Below are positions 19,448 through 28,685 of a stretch of 64,000 nucleotides of DNA, in pieces. The translations under genes were made by a program, and so were the position numbers. The stretch is from a virus (Duplodnaviria; Heunggongvirae; Uroviricota; Caudoviricetes): IMG/VR virus record IMGVR_UViG_3300042868_009434; one strand, written 5' to 3'. The first letter of the stretch is position 1. Each line of letters opens with the position of its first letter. The notes beneath the pieces were generated by a model. The model saw only the letters and a list, made by a program, of their open reading frames with translations, was not told the origin of the DNA and did no database searches.

Positions 19448-20584
19448 TTAATTCATATTTTCATAATCATCTAAAGAATATTGATATAAAAAATTGTTAA
19501 ATTGTTCTTCATCTAATCTAAGTTGTTTAAATAACCCATTATCTTTAGTTTTAACATTTAACCTAACAGACATACTACCAACATCAAATGAGTCAATTAG
19601 AAAAATAATATTATCATCTTTAGGATTAGTATACCAAGTTTTTAATTTATATTTTGATGTAACTCGGTCTCTAAATTCGACAAAATCTTGAACAGTATAT
19701 CCTTCATCACTTCTCTCATCCAATTTTTCTAATATTTTTTCAAATTGATGAGATACGTAATTATTAAATGACTTTGAATCAAATTTACTCTCATCTTGGA
19801 ACTCGTAACTATTTTCATACCAACCCCCAACATTACTACCTAACGCCTTTTGCATCATTGCCACAATAATTTCTTTGGCGTCTGAGTTAAACATATTCAA
19901 TTGTAATGCCCCAAGATATAAATCTGCCAAGGTAATCTCAACTTCATCCATATCATAGTTAAGGTTAATACCGTTTTCTTCCAATGGTTTTTCAAATTCG
20001 TCTTTTACCGCCTCTTTTGCAACCGCATTCATTTCACTGTCTTTTTCAGCCGCAAAATCCCCAAAAATGTAATCCATTTCATCATAGAATAAATTAAGTA
20101 ACATTTCAGATAACTCTGTTTTATATTCTTCATCCTCAATATTAAATTCCTTATTCGGCAAAATTGTGGTTGCAATACCTTTAAGTGTTTTTACATTTTC
20201 ATCATTTAAATCATAATATATTCCATACCCATCTTTAAAATCCTGTTCCACCTGATACGAATCCATAAATTCATAACCATTATACGAATTAAGGGCTCCC
20301 ATAAACCAAATGTCCTGCTCATCAATATCCAATTCTTTAAACAATTCTTTATCATCCTCAAATTGAATTGTAATAATTGATTGTCCCAAAGGTTCGTTTA
20401 CATCAATATCATATATGCTATCGTCAAGACGATATAACTCATCTTTACTGATTCTACCTTTAGAAAAGTTTCTAAGACCCACAACTAAATTTTTATCCGG
20501 TTCTTCCTCAGATTCTTGTTCGGTCTGTAATACCCTCTTAACAATACGATTAAGTTCAGATTCGGTTAATTTTATTACCTTCAT
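19448..20584 (-). CDS. Hypothetical acidic protein (ORF extends to 20671; preferred start MKVIKL at 20584)
   Basis: Long ORF. Choosing the internal Met avoids overlap with the tmRNA 5-prime end. Confidence 0.45.
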   Translation of the reverse strand: MKVIKLTESELNRIVKRVLQTEQESEEEPDKNLVVGLRNFSKGRISKDELYRLDDSIYDIDVNEPLGQSIITIQFEDDKELFKELDIDEQDIWFMGALNSYNGYEFMDSYQVEQDFKDGYGIYYDLNDENVKTLKGIATTILPNKEFNIEDEEYKTELSEMLLNLFYDEMDYIFGDFAAEKDSEMNAVAKEAVKDEFEKPLEENGINLNYDMDEVEITLADLYLGALQLNMFNSDAKEIIVAMMQKALGSNVGGWYENSYEFQDESKFDSKSFNNYVSHQFEKILEKLDERSDEGYTVQDFVEFRDRVTSKYKLKTWYTNPKDDNIIFLIDSFDVGSMSVRLNVKTKDNGLFKQLRLDEEQFNNFLYQYSLDDYENMN

Positions 20585-20660
20585 TAAAATGATTTTACAA
20601 TAAATACTTTTTTTGTTTGGAATTTCAATATTTATGTTTACCTTTGTGGTGTTAAAATAT

Positions 20661-21057
20661 GGGAGTGACATGGAATTGACTATTCGTAATAGTTATTCGG
20701 GGCACGTAGTGAGAAGTTTCCTATCACTTAAATCTATGGATGACAAACTTTTAGACGGAAACGTTTTAGACAAACTTTCAGCTGTTGGATTTATCCGCAC
20801 TGAAGAAGTTGCTGTAGCCTAATCGGAAACACAACACGGGGTCGGTGGTCAGATAACCTTGCAACAGAAGACTTTACAAAGGTGTGGTTTCTACCCGAAA
20901 AGAAACAAGTGGAGGATTAGTTCTCAGTAAACCGAACCACTTTAAAAATAAGGGAATTGTGAAATTTCGGATTGTTAGCTTAAACAATGACCTAAACGTG
21001 TAGTCCTTAATAGGTAATACAAGTAACACCGGAGTTCGAGTCTCCGCACTTCCACCA
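20661..21057 (+). ncRNA. ssrA: tmRNA (SsrA), phage-encoded
   Basis: The 5-prime end GGGAGUG-ACAUGGAAUUGAC parallels E. coli GGGGCUG-AUUCUGGAUUCGAC. The 3-prime T-arm cggagttcgagtctccg is followed by acceptor strand cacttcc, which pairs with gggagtg, and then ACCA. An internal tag frame ends ...TEEVAVA-TAA (gct gta gcc taa). Confidence 0.75.
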
Positions 21058-21061
21058 AAAT

Positions 21062-21090
21062 AAAACCCATCGTAATGATGGGTTTTTTTA
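21062..21090 (+). terminator. Terminator hairpin after the tmRNA (repeated element)
   Basis: aaacccatcgtaatgatgggttt followed by T7. A near-identical copy occurs at 28035. Confidence 0.6.
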
Positions 21091-21117
21091 TTTAATAATT
21101 TTTATTATAATTAAATC

Positions 21118-21534
21118 ATGGGAACAGATTGTAACGTATGTAGTAATAAATGTTGGGGTATTGAAGGGTATGACGGAAGTTGTTGTACCGTTGAGGACCG
21201 AGATTGGATTATGGGGGCAAACGATGACGCCAACGAATTTATTGAAAAATTATCAGAAAAATTAGGAGAAAAAGTTAATTATAATGATATTTTTATAGAG
21301 TACGAAGAAGGTAAAGACCTATTTCCCGACAAGCCTTCTTGGCAATTACAATCATCGTATCCCGCATTTAGAGTTAAATTAGACCATAAGAAATTACCTT
21401 GTATTTTTTATGATACCGACGAAAAACAATGTACTGTATATGATATTAGACCTGAAACTTGTAGTTCATATGAATGTAACTATTATTCAGTTATTAAATC
21501 AATTAATCAGATAAAAGAAACACTACTAAAATAA
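21118..21534 (+). CDS. Cys-rich UPF0153/YkgJ-like putative zinc/iron-chelating protein
   Basis: A CNVCSNKCW...CC motif is followed by CIFYD...CTVYDIRPETCSSYEC. Confidence 0.45.
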   Translation: MGTDCNVCSNKCWGIEGYDGSCCTVEDRDWIMGANDDANEFIEKLSEKLGEKVNYNDIFIEYEEGKDLFPDKPSWQLQSSYPAFRVKLDHKKLPCIFYDTDEKQCTVYDIRPETCSSYECNYYSVIKSINQIKETLLK

Positions 21535-21558
21535 GGGAAATTCAGAGTATTTATTAAT

Positions 21559-23037
21559 ATGAAATTAGTTAATATTTTACTTATCGAGGGTAGAAAAGAA
21601 GATTTAGAAAAGAAATATTCAAAAACATATAGTCAAGAACAGTTAGATTATATTTTGAACGACCCTTTTATTAAGAAAACCAATTACAAATACGGTGATT
21701 TTCTTTTAAAAAACTTGAGTTGGCCAGCCAAAAGTGAAATTGAGGATGTGATATCTCTATTAAAAAAGTTTGATAAATTCTCAAAGAATCTTGAGAAAAA
21801 AGATATTAATCAATATGAAGATTTATCTGATTTATCAATTGAACTTTCCGACTACAAATCCAAGAATCAATCAAAGAAAATTGATGAGACCGAAACTGAA
21901 AAAGTTTATGAGGACCCAAACATTTTAATTGTTCGTCCTTTAACTCATAAATCTTCTTGTAAGTATGGTGCGGGAACAAGATGGTGTACCACAGATTCCG
22001 ATAAAACTCATTACGATAGATACACCAGTGGAATTCAAGGTTTATATTATATAATTCTTAAAAAATTCGACCAATCAAATAAATTTTATAAGATTGCTAT
22101 TCATAAATCCCCATCAGGTGAGGATGAATGGTATGATGCAAAAGACGAACCTTTCTCAAAAAGAGAAAAAGAGGTTTTTAATTTAGGGACTCCTAAAATT
22201 ATTCAAACTATTAATAACCATTACGAAAACTTAAAAAATAAAAAGGGTAGTGATTTATTAAATAATGTTTTTGATGATAATAATACTTCGGCATCTTTCG
22301 ATGTATCAAAAGATTTAAAGGTAGATGTACCGGTTTTTGTCGTATTTCGTTGGCCAGGAACTCTTGATGAGAATCATTATAATGTGATAATGGACTTAGT
22401 CGTTAATGGTGAAATAGTTGATAGATATCTTTTATTTATTTTAGTATCATTTGATGATGATTTTATTACAATGAACATTGAATTAGATGGTGAGGAAGAT
22501 TTTGGGACAAAGATAGATACTGATATGTCAAGTGAATCAATTTCAGTAAAGTTTGGGTCAGAATTTTTTAAAAGTAAAACACAAGAGGATGGATTTAGAG
22601 CTATAATGAATTCCGTTTATTTTTACTATTTAAAAAGATTAAAAAATGATAACAAATTCCGTGCATTAACACTTAAAGACCCAAGAAAAGTTTGGACACC
22701 AAATAGACCTAGTTATGGTTATACATTTAAACAAAATAAAGGTTTAATCAAACAATTGGTTGATTCATTAAACTCGGGTAAAAAAATGACAAAATTAGAT
22801 TTTTTAGTCGATACAGGTAAATTGGAGAAAAAAGAAGAAAACGGAAAAATTCTATATTCAACTCCCGATACTAAGATGTTTAGACCATCTTCAGATTTTA
22901 GAGGTCATTTTTCCGCATTATTCAATTCGGCAGTTTTGGCAGGAATTATCGCTTATGATAAAGAAGGTTCAAAATATTACATCAAAAAAGGTCCAAACTT
23001 CGAGGACTTTGTTAGGGGAGAACTAACAGCACTTTAA
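21559..23037 (+). CDS. Hypothetical protein, paralog family A (core RPLT..S.KYGA.T.WCTT)
   Basis: 492 aa. It shares the RPLTHKSSCKYGAGTRWCTT...YY motif with the 62172-63359 ORF. Confidence 0.5.
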   Translation: MKLVNILLIEGRKEDLEKKYSKTYSQEQLDYILNDPFIKKTNYKYGDFLLKNLSWPAKSEIEDVISLLKKFDKFSKNLEKKDINQYEDLSDLSIELSDYKSKNQSKKIDETETEKVYEDPNILIVRPLTHKSSCKYGAGTRWCTTDSDKTHYDRYTSGIQGLYYIILKKFDQSNKFYKIAIHKSPSGEDEWYDAKDEPFSKREKEVFNLGTPKIIQTINNHYENLKNKKGSDLLNNVFDDNNTSASFDVSKDLKVDVPVFVVFRWPGTLDENHYNVIMDLVVNGEIVDRYLLFILVSFDDDFITMNIELDGEEDFGTKIDTDMSSESISVKFGSEFFKSKTQEDGFRAIMNSVYFYYLKRLKNDNKFRALTLKDPRKVWTPNRPSYGYTFKQNKGLIKQLVDSLNSGKKMTKLDFLVDTGKLEKKEENGKILYSTPDTKMFRPSSDFRGHFSALFNSAVLAGIIAYDKEGSKYYIKKGPNFEDFVRGELTAL

Positions 23038-23112
23038 CACACAAATATTTTATAATTTTGTAAATATATTCAAAATTTTTGTTTATATTTGCAAGATAAA
23101 ATACGCGTTAAA

Positions 23113-23871
23113 ATGAAAAACATATTTTTAATACCCACTCCAAATGAGAGTAGATTGTGGAGGGACTTGGATTCCAATAAATTGAGGTTTGATAATATAT
23201 CAACACCCAATAGTAACGAATGTACCAAGTGTTCCAATGAGTATATGTATATTACTACTGATAGTAAATTTGTTAGAGACGAATATATTACCGATGGAAT
23301 TGAGGTGATTAAAGCAACCCCAAAGTTGGTTAATGCTCAAGGTTTGGTTGATAGAAGAGATTGGAAGAAAATCCTTATGACGACTGACCCGGAATTGATT
23401 AAAGATGGTGTTCATCCGATTGGTGAGGATTTCCTTCAATGGTTTGTGGAGAATCCAACTTGTATTAAAGTTGAAGTTGTTTATGGACTCTTTAACCCTA
23501 TGGGAAGACAAGTTGACCCAAATGATTTAGGTCAGAATCATTCTAAATGTGTTTGGAAATACAAAATAATCACAACAAAAGAAGAACAAAAACAACATCT
23601 AATTGATATGATGAAATCTGATGAAGAATTGGGGTTATATGATGAATCCCGTGAAATCAAAGTTGAGGACATCTTCAACGATGAGAAAAGAGAAAAAGTT
23701 AAAAGAGTAATCCTTCAACATAAAGTTCTACAAGGTTTAAGTTTAATTAACCCCCTCCATTTACGAATGACGGATAATGGTCACGGAGAATTTCCTGATG
23801 GTTATAAATTAACTGAAAAAGGTATTCAATATATTATTGAACAATTAAATAAAGAACAAGATGGAAAATAG
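23113..23871 (+). CDS. Hypothetical protein
   Basis: ORF 23089-23871 with an internal Met start. Confidence 0.4.
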   Translation: MKNIFLIPTPNESRLWRDLDSNKLRFDNISTPNSNECTKCSNEYMYITTDSKFVRDEYITDGIEVIKATPKLVNAQGLVDRRDWKKILMTTDPELIKDGVHPIGEDFLQWFVENPTCIKVEVVYGLFNPMGRQVDPNDLGQNHSKCVWKYKIITTKEEQKQHLIDMMKSDEELGLYDESREIKVEDIFNDEKREKVKRVILQHKVLQGLSLINPLHLRMTDNGHGEFPDGYKLTEKGIQYIIEQLNKEQDGK

Positions 23872-24058
23872 ATTTTCAGTTCAAATAGAAAACAATGGTG
23901 ATAAGTTCAAAACCTTATATGGGTTTGAAATGAATAAAGATAAGGTTAATTTAGTTGAATTAACAAAGGAAGATTTTAACACCAAATATATTATTGATGA
24001 ACCTAACGATACTCACAAATGTATTGTTCCGGTTATAAAAAGAATATTAAATGGATAA
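23861..24058 (+). CDS. Hypothetical small protein
   Basis: ORF with overlapping junctions. Confidence 0.3.
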   Translation: MENRFSVQIENNGDKFKTLYGFEMNKDKVNLVELTKEDFNTKYIIDEPNDTHKCIVPVIKRILNG

Positions 24059-24189
24059 TGGGTGGAATCCGGGGTATTATGATAAATGGGAGAATTTTCA
24101 CCCCTACGAAAAGAAATGGTATTGTACTATCAACAAGATAATTCACCAATCAGAAAAAGAAAAAAATAATTGTAAACATTGTATAGAAT

Positions 24190-24372
24190 ATGAAAACAAA
24201 ATTAAGAGTAATAAGTCGTGAGGGTACTGAATATTTTGATATTCCAAACCCATATAATATGACCCCGAGAAAAGATGATAATTTCGTGTGGAAAGAAGTT
24301 AGTTATATTGTTTCTTGGGTTGAGTTTGACTTTGATAGTAATACTCTTTACATTATAACCGTAACAGATTAA
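24190..24372 (+). CDS. Hypothetical small protein
   Basis: ORF only. Confidence 0.3.
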   Translation: MKTKLRVISREGTEYFDIPNPYNMTPRKDDNFVWKEVSYIVSWVEFDFDSNTLYIITVTD

Positions 24373-24375
24373 GAG

Positions 24376-24567
24376 ATGAAAACAATAATTAAAAATTTAA
24401 AATTAAGAATTAAATTATTTTTCGTATTTTTGCGATGGTGTTGTCTATACCCAAACGATATAAAAGAGAATTGGGATGATATGAATGTTAGATATTATAA
24501 TGAGACAGACCCAGAAATGTTAAAAATATTTAAAGAATTAGAAGATGAAAGTGATATTTCTAGATAA
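24376..24567 (+). CDS. Hypothetical small protein
   Basis: ORF only. Confidence 0.3.
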   Translation: MKTIIKNLKLRIKLFFVFLRWCCLYPNDIKENWDDMNVRYYNETDPEMLKIFKELEDESDISR

Positions 24568-25114
24568 CGATGGTGTTATCTGTTTAGCAAATAATTGGGG
24601 GAGTCGTGTTAAAAAACGAAAGAAAGACAAAGTTTCTTTGATAATGAATGACCCTGATGTTGAGGCAAAATATCGTTTTGATTACTTTGATAAAAAGGCA
24701 ATCAAGGTATTGAATCAGGTATTGGAAGAAACCGGAGCGGAAATCGTTGTGTCTTCCGATTGGAGATTATATGCCAATTTAGAAGAACTTGGTGAATATT
24801 ACTTATCAGAAGGAATTATTAAAAAACCAATCGCAGTCACCAAACGATACATCGGTTGTGATAAACCAGATGAGTTTGAATGGGTACGAGCAACAATGTA
24901 CGAACAACAAAGATGTATTGAAGTTAGACAATATCTAACTGACCATCCTGAAATCACACATTGGGCATGTATTGACGATTTAGAGTTAGGTCAAACAAAC
25001 TCTTATGGAACTGCTAGAAAGTGGGGATTATCAAACTTTGTTCACACACCAAGAGAAAATGAGGGGATTAAACAATCAGGTATTAAAGAAAAATTGTTAG
25101 AATACCTTAAATAA
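24545..25114 (+). CDS. HAD-superfamily phosphatase-like protein
   Basis: Motif I is FLDNDGVI, motif II is VVSSDWR, and a C-terminal ACIDDLE segment serves as the Asp motif. Confidence 0.55.
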   Translation: MKVIFLDNDGVICLANNWGSRVKKRKKDKVSLIMNDPDVEAKYRFDYFDKKAIKVLNQVLEETGAEIVVSSDWRLYANLEELGEYYLSEGIIKKPIAVTKRYIGCDKPDEFEWVRATMYEQQRCIEVRQYLTDHPEITHWACIDDLELGQTNSYGTARKWGLSNFVHTPRENEGIKQSGIKEKLLEYLK

Positions 25115-25115
25115 T

Positions 25116-25577
25116 ATGGAAAAAATAGAACATAAAACATTTGTAGATAATAGGGGTTCCTATACCCCTATTTCAACAACAGAATTAGGACAAGTATGGA
25201 CTCAGTGTTCAATTAGTGTCAACGATAAAGAATTTACGTTTAGAGGTCTACATTATCAAACAAATCCACCACAGACAAAATATGTGAAAGTAATACAAGG
25301 TTCAATTGTTGATTTTTCAGTTGATTTGGAAACCGGTAAAACGGACTATGAAATATTATCTAATTCAGACGCGGTATTAATTCCAAATAATAAGGCACAC
25401 GGGTTTTTAACTTTAGAACCAAACACTATTGTCGTATATTTGGTTGAGGGTAATTATAATCCGGATTCCGAACATAGTATTGTTTGGACAAACAATGAGG
25501 AAGTAAAAAAACTTGTACATTATTTCGTAAATGAAAACCCAATTACAATATCAGAAAAAGATTCAATAGGAAAATGA
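25116..25577 (+). CDS. dTDP-sugar 3,5-epimerase (RmlC)-like cupin
   Basis: RmlC signature segments are present: FRGLHYQ, GSIVDFSVDL, AHGFLTLEP and YNPDSEHSIVW. Confidence 0.65.
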   Translation: MEKIEHKTFVDNRGSYTPISTTELGQVWTQCSISVNDKEFTFRGLHYQTNPPQTKYVKVIQGSIVDFSVDLETGKTDYEILSNSDAVLIPNNKAHGFLTLEPNTIVVYLVEGNYNPDSEHSIVWTNNEEVKKLVHYFVNENPITISEKDSIGK

Positions 25578-25765
25578 TAGATATCAAAAAAATTTTGGAA
25601 AAAGAAGGTCAAGTTAGGAAACTTGAAGGAAATGCTCCTGAGGGGTTTGTTTTGGTCCATGAGAAGACATTAGAAGATTTGTTAGATTTTGAAACTTGGA
25701 AAGAGTGGAAAAATAAAAACATAACAATCAAAGAACTAAATAAAAAGAATTTCGAAAATGAGTAA
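25574..25765 (+). CDS. Hypothetical small protein
   Basis: ORF with an overlapping start. Confidence 0.3.
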   Translation: MIDIKKILEKEGQVRKLEGNAPEGFVLVHEKTLEDLLDFETWKEWKNKNITIKELNKKNFENE

Positions 25766-25952
25766 CAAAAAAAGATTAGAAAGAAAAACCCCTTCCGATA
25801 TTGGAGGTGTTTGTAGTGGTTTAGGTGATTATTTTGATATTGACGAAACTTTTGTTAAAGTAATATTCTTCGCATTAATTTTTACACCATTCCCAATTAT
25901 TTGGACATATCTCCTTTTATGGATTTTTACCCCAAAAGAATCAAAATATTAA
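25758..25952 (+). CDS. PspC-domain membrane protein
   Basis: R..SDIGGVCSGLGDYFDID..FVKVIF is followed by a transmembrane helix. Confidence 0.6.
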   Translation: MSNKKRLERKTPSDIGGVCSGLGDYFDIDETFVKVIFFALIFTPFPIIWTYLLLWIFTPKESKY

Positions 25953-25953
25953 A

Positions 25954-26349
25954 ATGAAGAAAGTAATTAAAAACCCAACGTATTTTGTCGATATTGATGG
26001 AACTATAGTTAAATACCGAAAATTTAGCGAGCTTAGCCAAACCAAACCTGAACCAATTCAAGATGTAATTGATTATTTAAACGAACAATTTAACAAAGGT
26101 GCGGTAATTATTGTAACAACCGCTCGTCCGGATGATTATCGATTAATTACTGAACACGAATTAAACGCAATTGGATTGAAACATCACAAAATTATAATGA
26201 ATTGTGGCCGAGGCAGTCGAATAATTTTAAACGATTTGGACCCGGATAATTTGGAAATACCAAGAGCTGTTGGAATAAACCTGAAAAGGGATGAGGGATT
26301 AAAAAATGTTGTAATCCCTGAAAATATTAATTCATATGAGTCAAATTAA
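25954..26349 (+). CDS. Small HAD-like phosphatase
   Basis: An FVDIDGTI motif I is followed by a TTARP segment. Confidence 0.45.
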   Translation: MKKVIKNPTYFVDIDGTIVKYRKFSELSQTKPEPIQDVIDYLNEQFNKGAVIIVTTARPDDYRLITEHELNAIGLKHHKIIMNCGRGSRIILNDLDPDNLEIPRAVGINLKRDEGLKNVVIPENINSYESN

Positions 26350-26797
26350 AGTATCGGCTAAACGACATTTAGCAAAAACAATAAGTTATCGAATAATCAG
26401 TACTCTAATCGGATTTTTGATTATGTGGGGTGTAACAGGTAAAATTGAGTTTGGAGCCGCGTTTGGTGTAATTGAATTACTTTACAAACCAATACAATAC
26501 TACATTCACGAAAGAATATGGTATAAATGGATAAGTTATGGTTTAATTAAAGTTAATCCAGTTAGAAGGGTTAAAACGAAAACCACAAGATATGGGAAGA
26601 AAGTACCTTCTCCATCTGTGTCAAAACCAAGAATTATCCCAACTGTTCCCCCTGAATATAGAGTACAATTAAACGAAGGTGTTGAACCTAAAAAAGTTAT
26701 CAAAACTGAACCTGTAATGGTTAAAGAATCTATATTGGGTATTTCCGAACTACCTGAAATTAAAAGATTAACATATACAAAGAAGTCCGACAATTAG
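26336..26797 (+). CDS. DUF2061-like membrane protein with a basic C-terminal tail
   Basis: KTISYRIISTLIGFLIMWGVTG...YYIHERIWYKW. Confidence 0.4.
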   Translation: MSQIKVSAKRHLAKTISYRIISTLIGFLIMWGVTGKIEFGAAFGVIELLYKPIQYYIHERIWYKWISYGLIKVNPVRRVKTKTTRYGKKVPSPSVSKPRIIPTVPPEYRVQLNEGVEPKKVIKTEPVMVKESILGISELPEIKRLTYTKKSDN

Positions 26798-26834
26798 TCG
26801 GATTTTTTTATTCAATATTGCACTATTTATAGAT

Positions 26835-28025
26835 ATGGACAAAAAAATTGAAAATATATTATCATTATATGAAAATATCTTATCCACAAAATCTTTAGTA
26901 ATATCAGAGGCAGATATTCAAGGTGTTGATGAATTAGTTTATAACCCAGCGACAAAAGAAGGTGGAACAGTTGGTTATGGGTATAATGATGGAAAAAAAC
27001 AAAAAGGTATCACTTGGCCAAATCATGACAATCATTTACATATTGGGTTTACTAATAGAGCAACCGCAATAGCAATTATTGACAAGGCGGACTCTATGGG
27101 GTTAAAAACAACTGAAAACCCATACGCTAAAAAAGACCCTAATAAAAAAGTGGATAATGTTCACACTAATAGTAGTTTACATTATAAAAATTTTCCCGGA
27201 ACACCTGTAGTTGGTATGGCTGTCGATATTAGTGGTGACCCTAAAAAAGTAACCGAATTAATAAAATGGATTGAGAAAAACTATGCGGGACAATACTCTC
27301 AAGATGATACTTCGTCAAATAAGACTTCGTCAACTGAATTAACATTACCTACAGATTTCGACGCCCAATCAGAAGACCCTATTATGTTTGATATTGTTAA
27401 AAATTTTAGTCAAGCATTATTTGGTGGAAAAAAAGTTAATGAGTCAATTTCATTTGGAAGAGATGTACAAAATAATTTTGGAACTGTTTTGATTCCAAAA
27501 GATTCGAACACTAAAATCAAAAGTCCTGTTTCAGGAATAGTAGATAATTCAAGATACGCACCTTCTTGTAACAACCAAATAACAATTAAAACAAGTGGTA
27601 AATCTCCAAAATATTTACAATTTTGTGGTATTAGTAACCCAAGTGTGAAAGATGGTGAAACAATATCATCCGGACAACTTTTAGGGAAAACTAACTCCGA
27701 TGTTGAAGTAGTTTTATTTGATTCATCATTTCATCGAGAAAATTTAAATATTGGAAAAACTACAATAGATAATAGTAATAATAATGAGGAAGAACCAAAT
27801 TCAAACAAAGATGACTCAACTCAAAGATATGACGACCCAATTCTTGCTGCATTAGTTAAAGCCCCATTTAAACCATTTCAAGACAAATATGACAAATCGG
27901 GTAAAAGGATTGAAAAAAGAATTGGATATGGTACTGACAAAAAAGATGTTGACCCATGGATTTTAAATAAATTTAAAAAGAAAAAAATTGACGAAAATAT
28001 CCTGAGAATTAAAAAGTTATTATAA
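26835..28025 (+). CDS. Putative peptidoglycan peptidase (LAS/M15-like metallopeptidase motifs)
   Basis: HDNHLHIGF and SSLHYKNFPGTPVVGMAVDISGD resemble the S-x-H...G-x-A-x-D motif of D-Ala-D-Ala or L-Ala-D-Glu peptidases. Confidence 0.45.
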   Translation: MDKKIENILSLYENILSTKSLVISEADIQGVDELVYNPATKEGGTVGYGYNDGKKQKGITWPNHDNHLHIGFTNRATAIAIIDKADSMGLKTTENPYAKKDPNKKVDNVHTNSSLHYKNFPGTPVVGMAVDISGDPKKVTELIKWIEKNYAGQYSQDDTSSNKTSSTELTLPTDFDAQSEDPIMFDIVKNFSQALFGGKKVNESISFGRDVQNNFGTVLIPKDSNTKIKSPVSGIVDNSRYAPSCNNQITIKTSGKSPKYLQFCGISNPSVKDGETISSGQLLGKTNSDVEVVLFDSSFHRENLNIGKTTIDNSNNNEEEPNSNKDDSTQRYDDPILAALVKAPFKPFQDKYDKSGKRIEKRIGYGTDKKDVDPWILNKFKKKKIDENILRIKKLL

Positions 28026-28030
28026 TAAAC

Positions 28031-28066
28031 AAAAAACCCATCATAATGATGGGTTTTTTGTTTTTC
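28031..28066. terminator. Bidirectional terminator hairpin (repeat of the 21062 element)
   Basis: aaacccatcataatgatgggttt is flanked by an A-run and a T-run, between convergent genes. Confidence 0.6.
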
Positions 28067-28080
28067 AGTAACTGTTATTA

Positions 28081-28260
28081 TTATTTTTTTTCCTCAACAA
28101 CTTCTTCTGTTGTTTCAACTTCAACAGAATCAATAGCAACTGAATCAGTAGCTACGGCAGTTGAATCAACAACTTCACTAGTTGGTTCAGTTTTAGTTTC
28201 ATTTTTACAAGACATTATTGTTAATGTCAAGACAGTTAATAATACGAAAATTTTTTTCAT
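28081..28260 (-). CDS. Small lipoprotein (59 aa), o-spanin-like candidate
   Basis: The signal peptide with lipobox reads MKKIFVLLTVLTLTIMSC, followed by a T/E/V-rich tail. It is antisense to the listed 28046-28282 ORF. Confidence 0.5.
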   Translation of the reverse strand: MKKIFVLLTVLTLTIMSCKNETKTEPTSEVVDSTAVATDSVAIDSVEVETTEEVVEEKK

Positions 28261-28343
28261 GTTTTTGTTTTTTTTTAATTAGTTATTAATGTTTCAGATT
28301 ATAAATATACAACAATCATTCCAATATGTCAAATGTTTTTTTT

Positions 28344-28685
28344 TTATTGTATCATTTGTAGTATAAGGTAGGATATTTTATACCCGGTAAACGCTCCAAG
28401 AGCCGATGGTATTGGAAAAACAATCAATTTACCTAAGTCAGTTACATACTTTGGACGGTTCACAATTTTACCCATAAAGAAGTAATATGTAAGATATCCC
28501 AAGAAAACTGCAATATCCGCTCTTGTTGCAATAAATACGACCATCATAGCCCCAAGGAATCCAAAGATAAAATTATCTCTAACTCCTTCAAAGATTTCAA
28601 TACGACTTGCCGTCTTATATTCTTTAACTATTTTTTTAATTTTTGTTTTCCTCTGTTTGAAGAAATCAGGTTCTTTAATTTCCAT
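28344..28685 (-). CDS. Small membrane protein with two transmembrane helices (holin-like candidate)
   Basis: 113 aa with hydrophobic segments FIFGFLGAMMVVFIAT and LIVFPIPSALGAFTGY. Confidence 0.4.
   Translation of the reverse strand: MEIKEPDFFKQRKTKIKKIVKEYKTASRIEIFEGVRDNFIFGFLGAMMVVFIATRADIAVFLGYLTYYFFMGKIVNRPKYVTDLGKLIVFPIPSALGAFTGYKISYLILQMIQ

Noticed and set aside
28046-28282. Listed plus-strand ORF of 78 aa
   Set aside because: The opposite strand encodes a canonical lipoprotein signal peptide (MKKIFVLLTVLTLTIMSC), which is far more convincing. The plus ORF is the antisense artefact.
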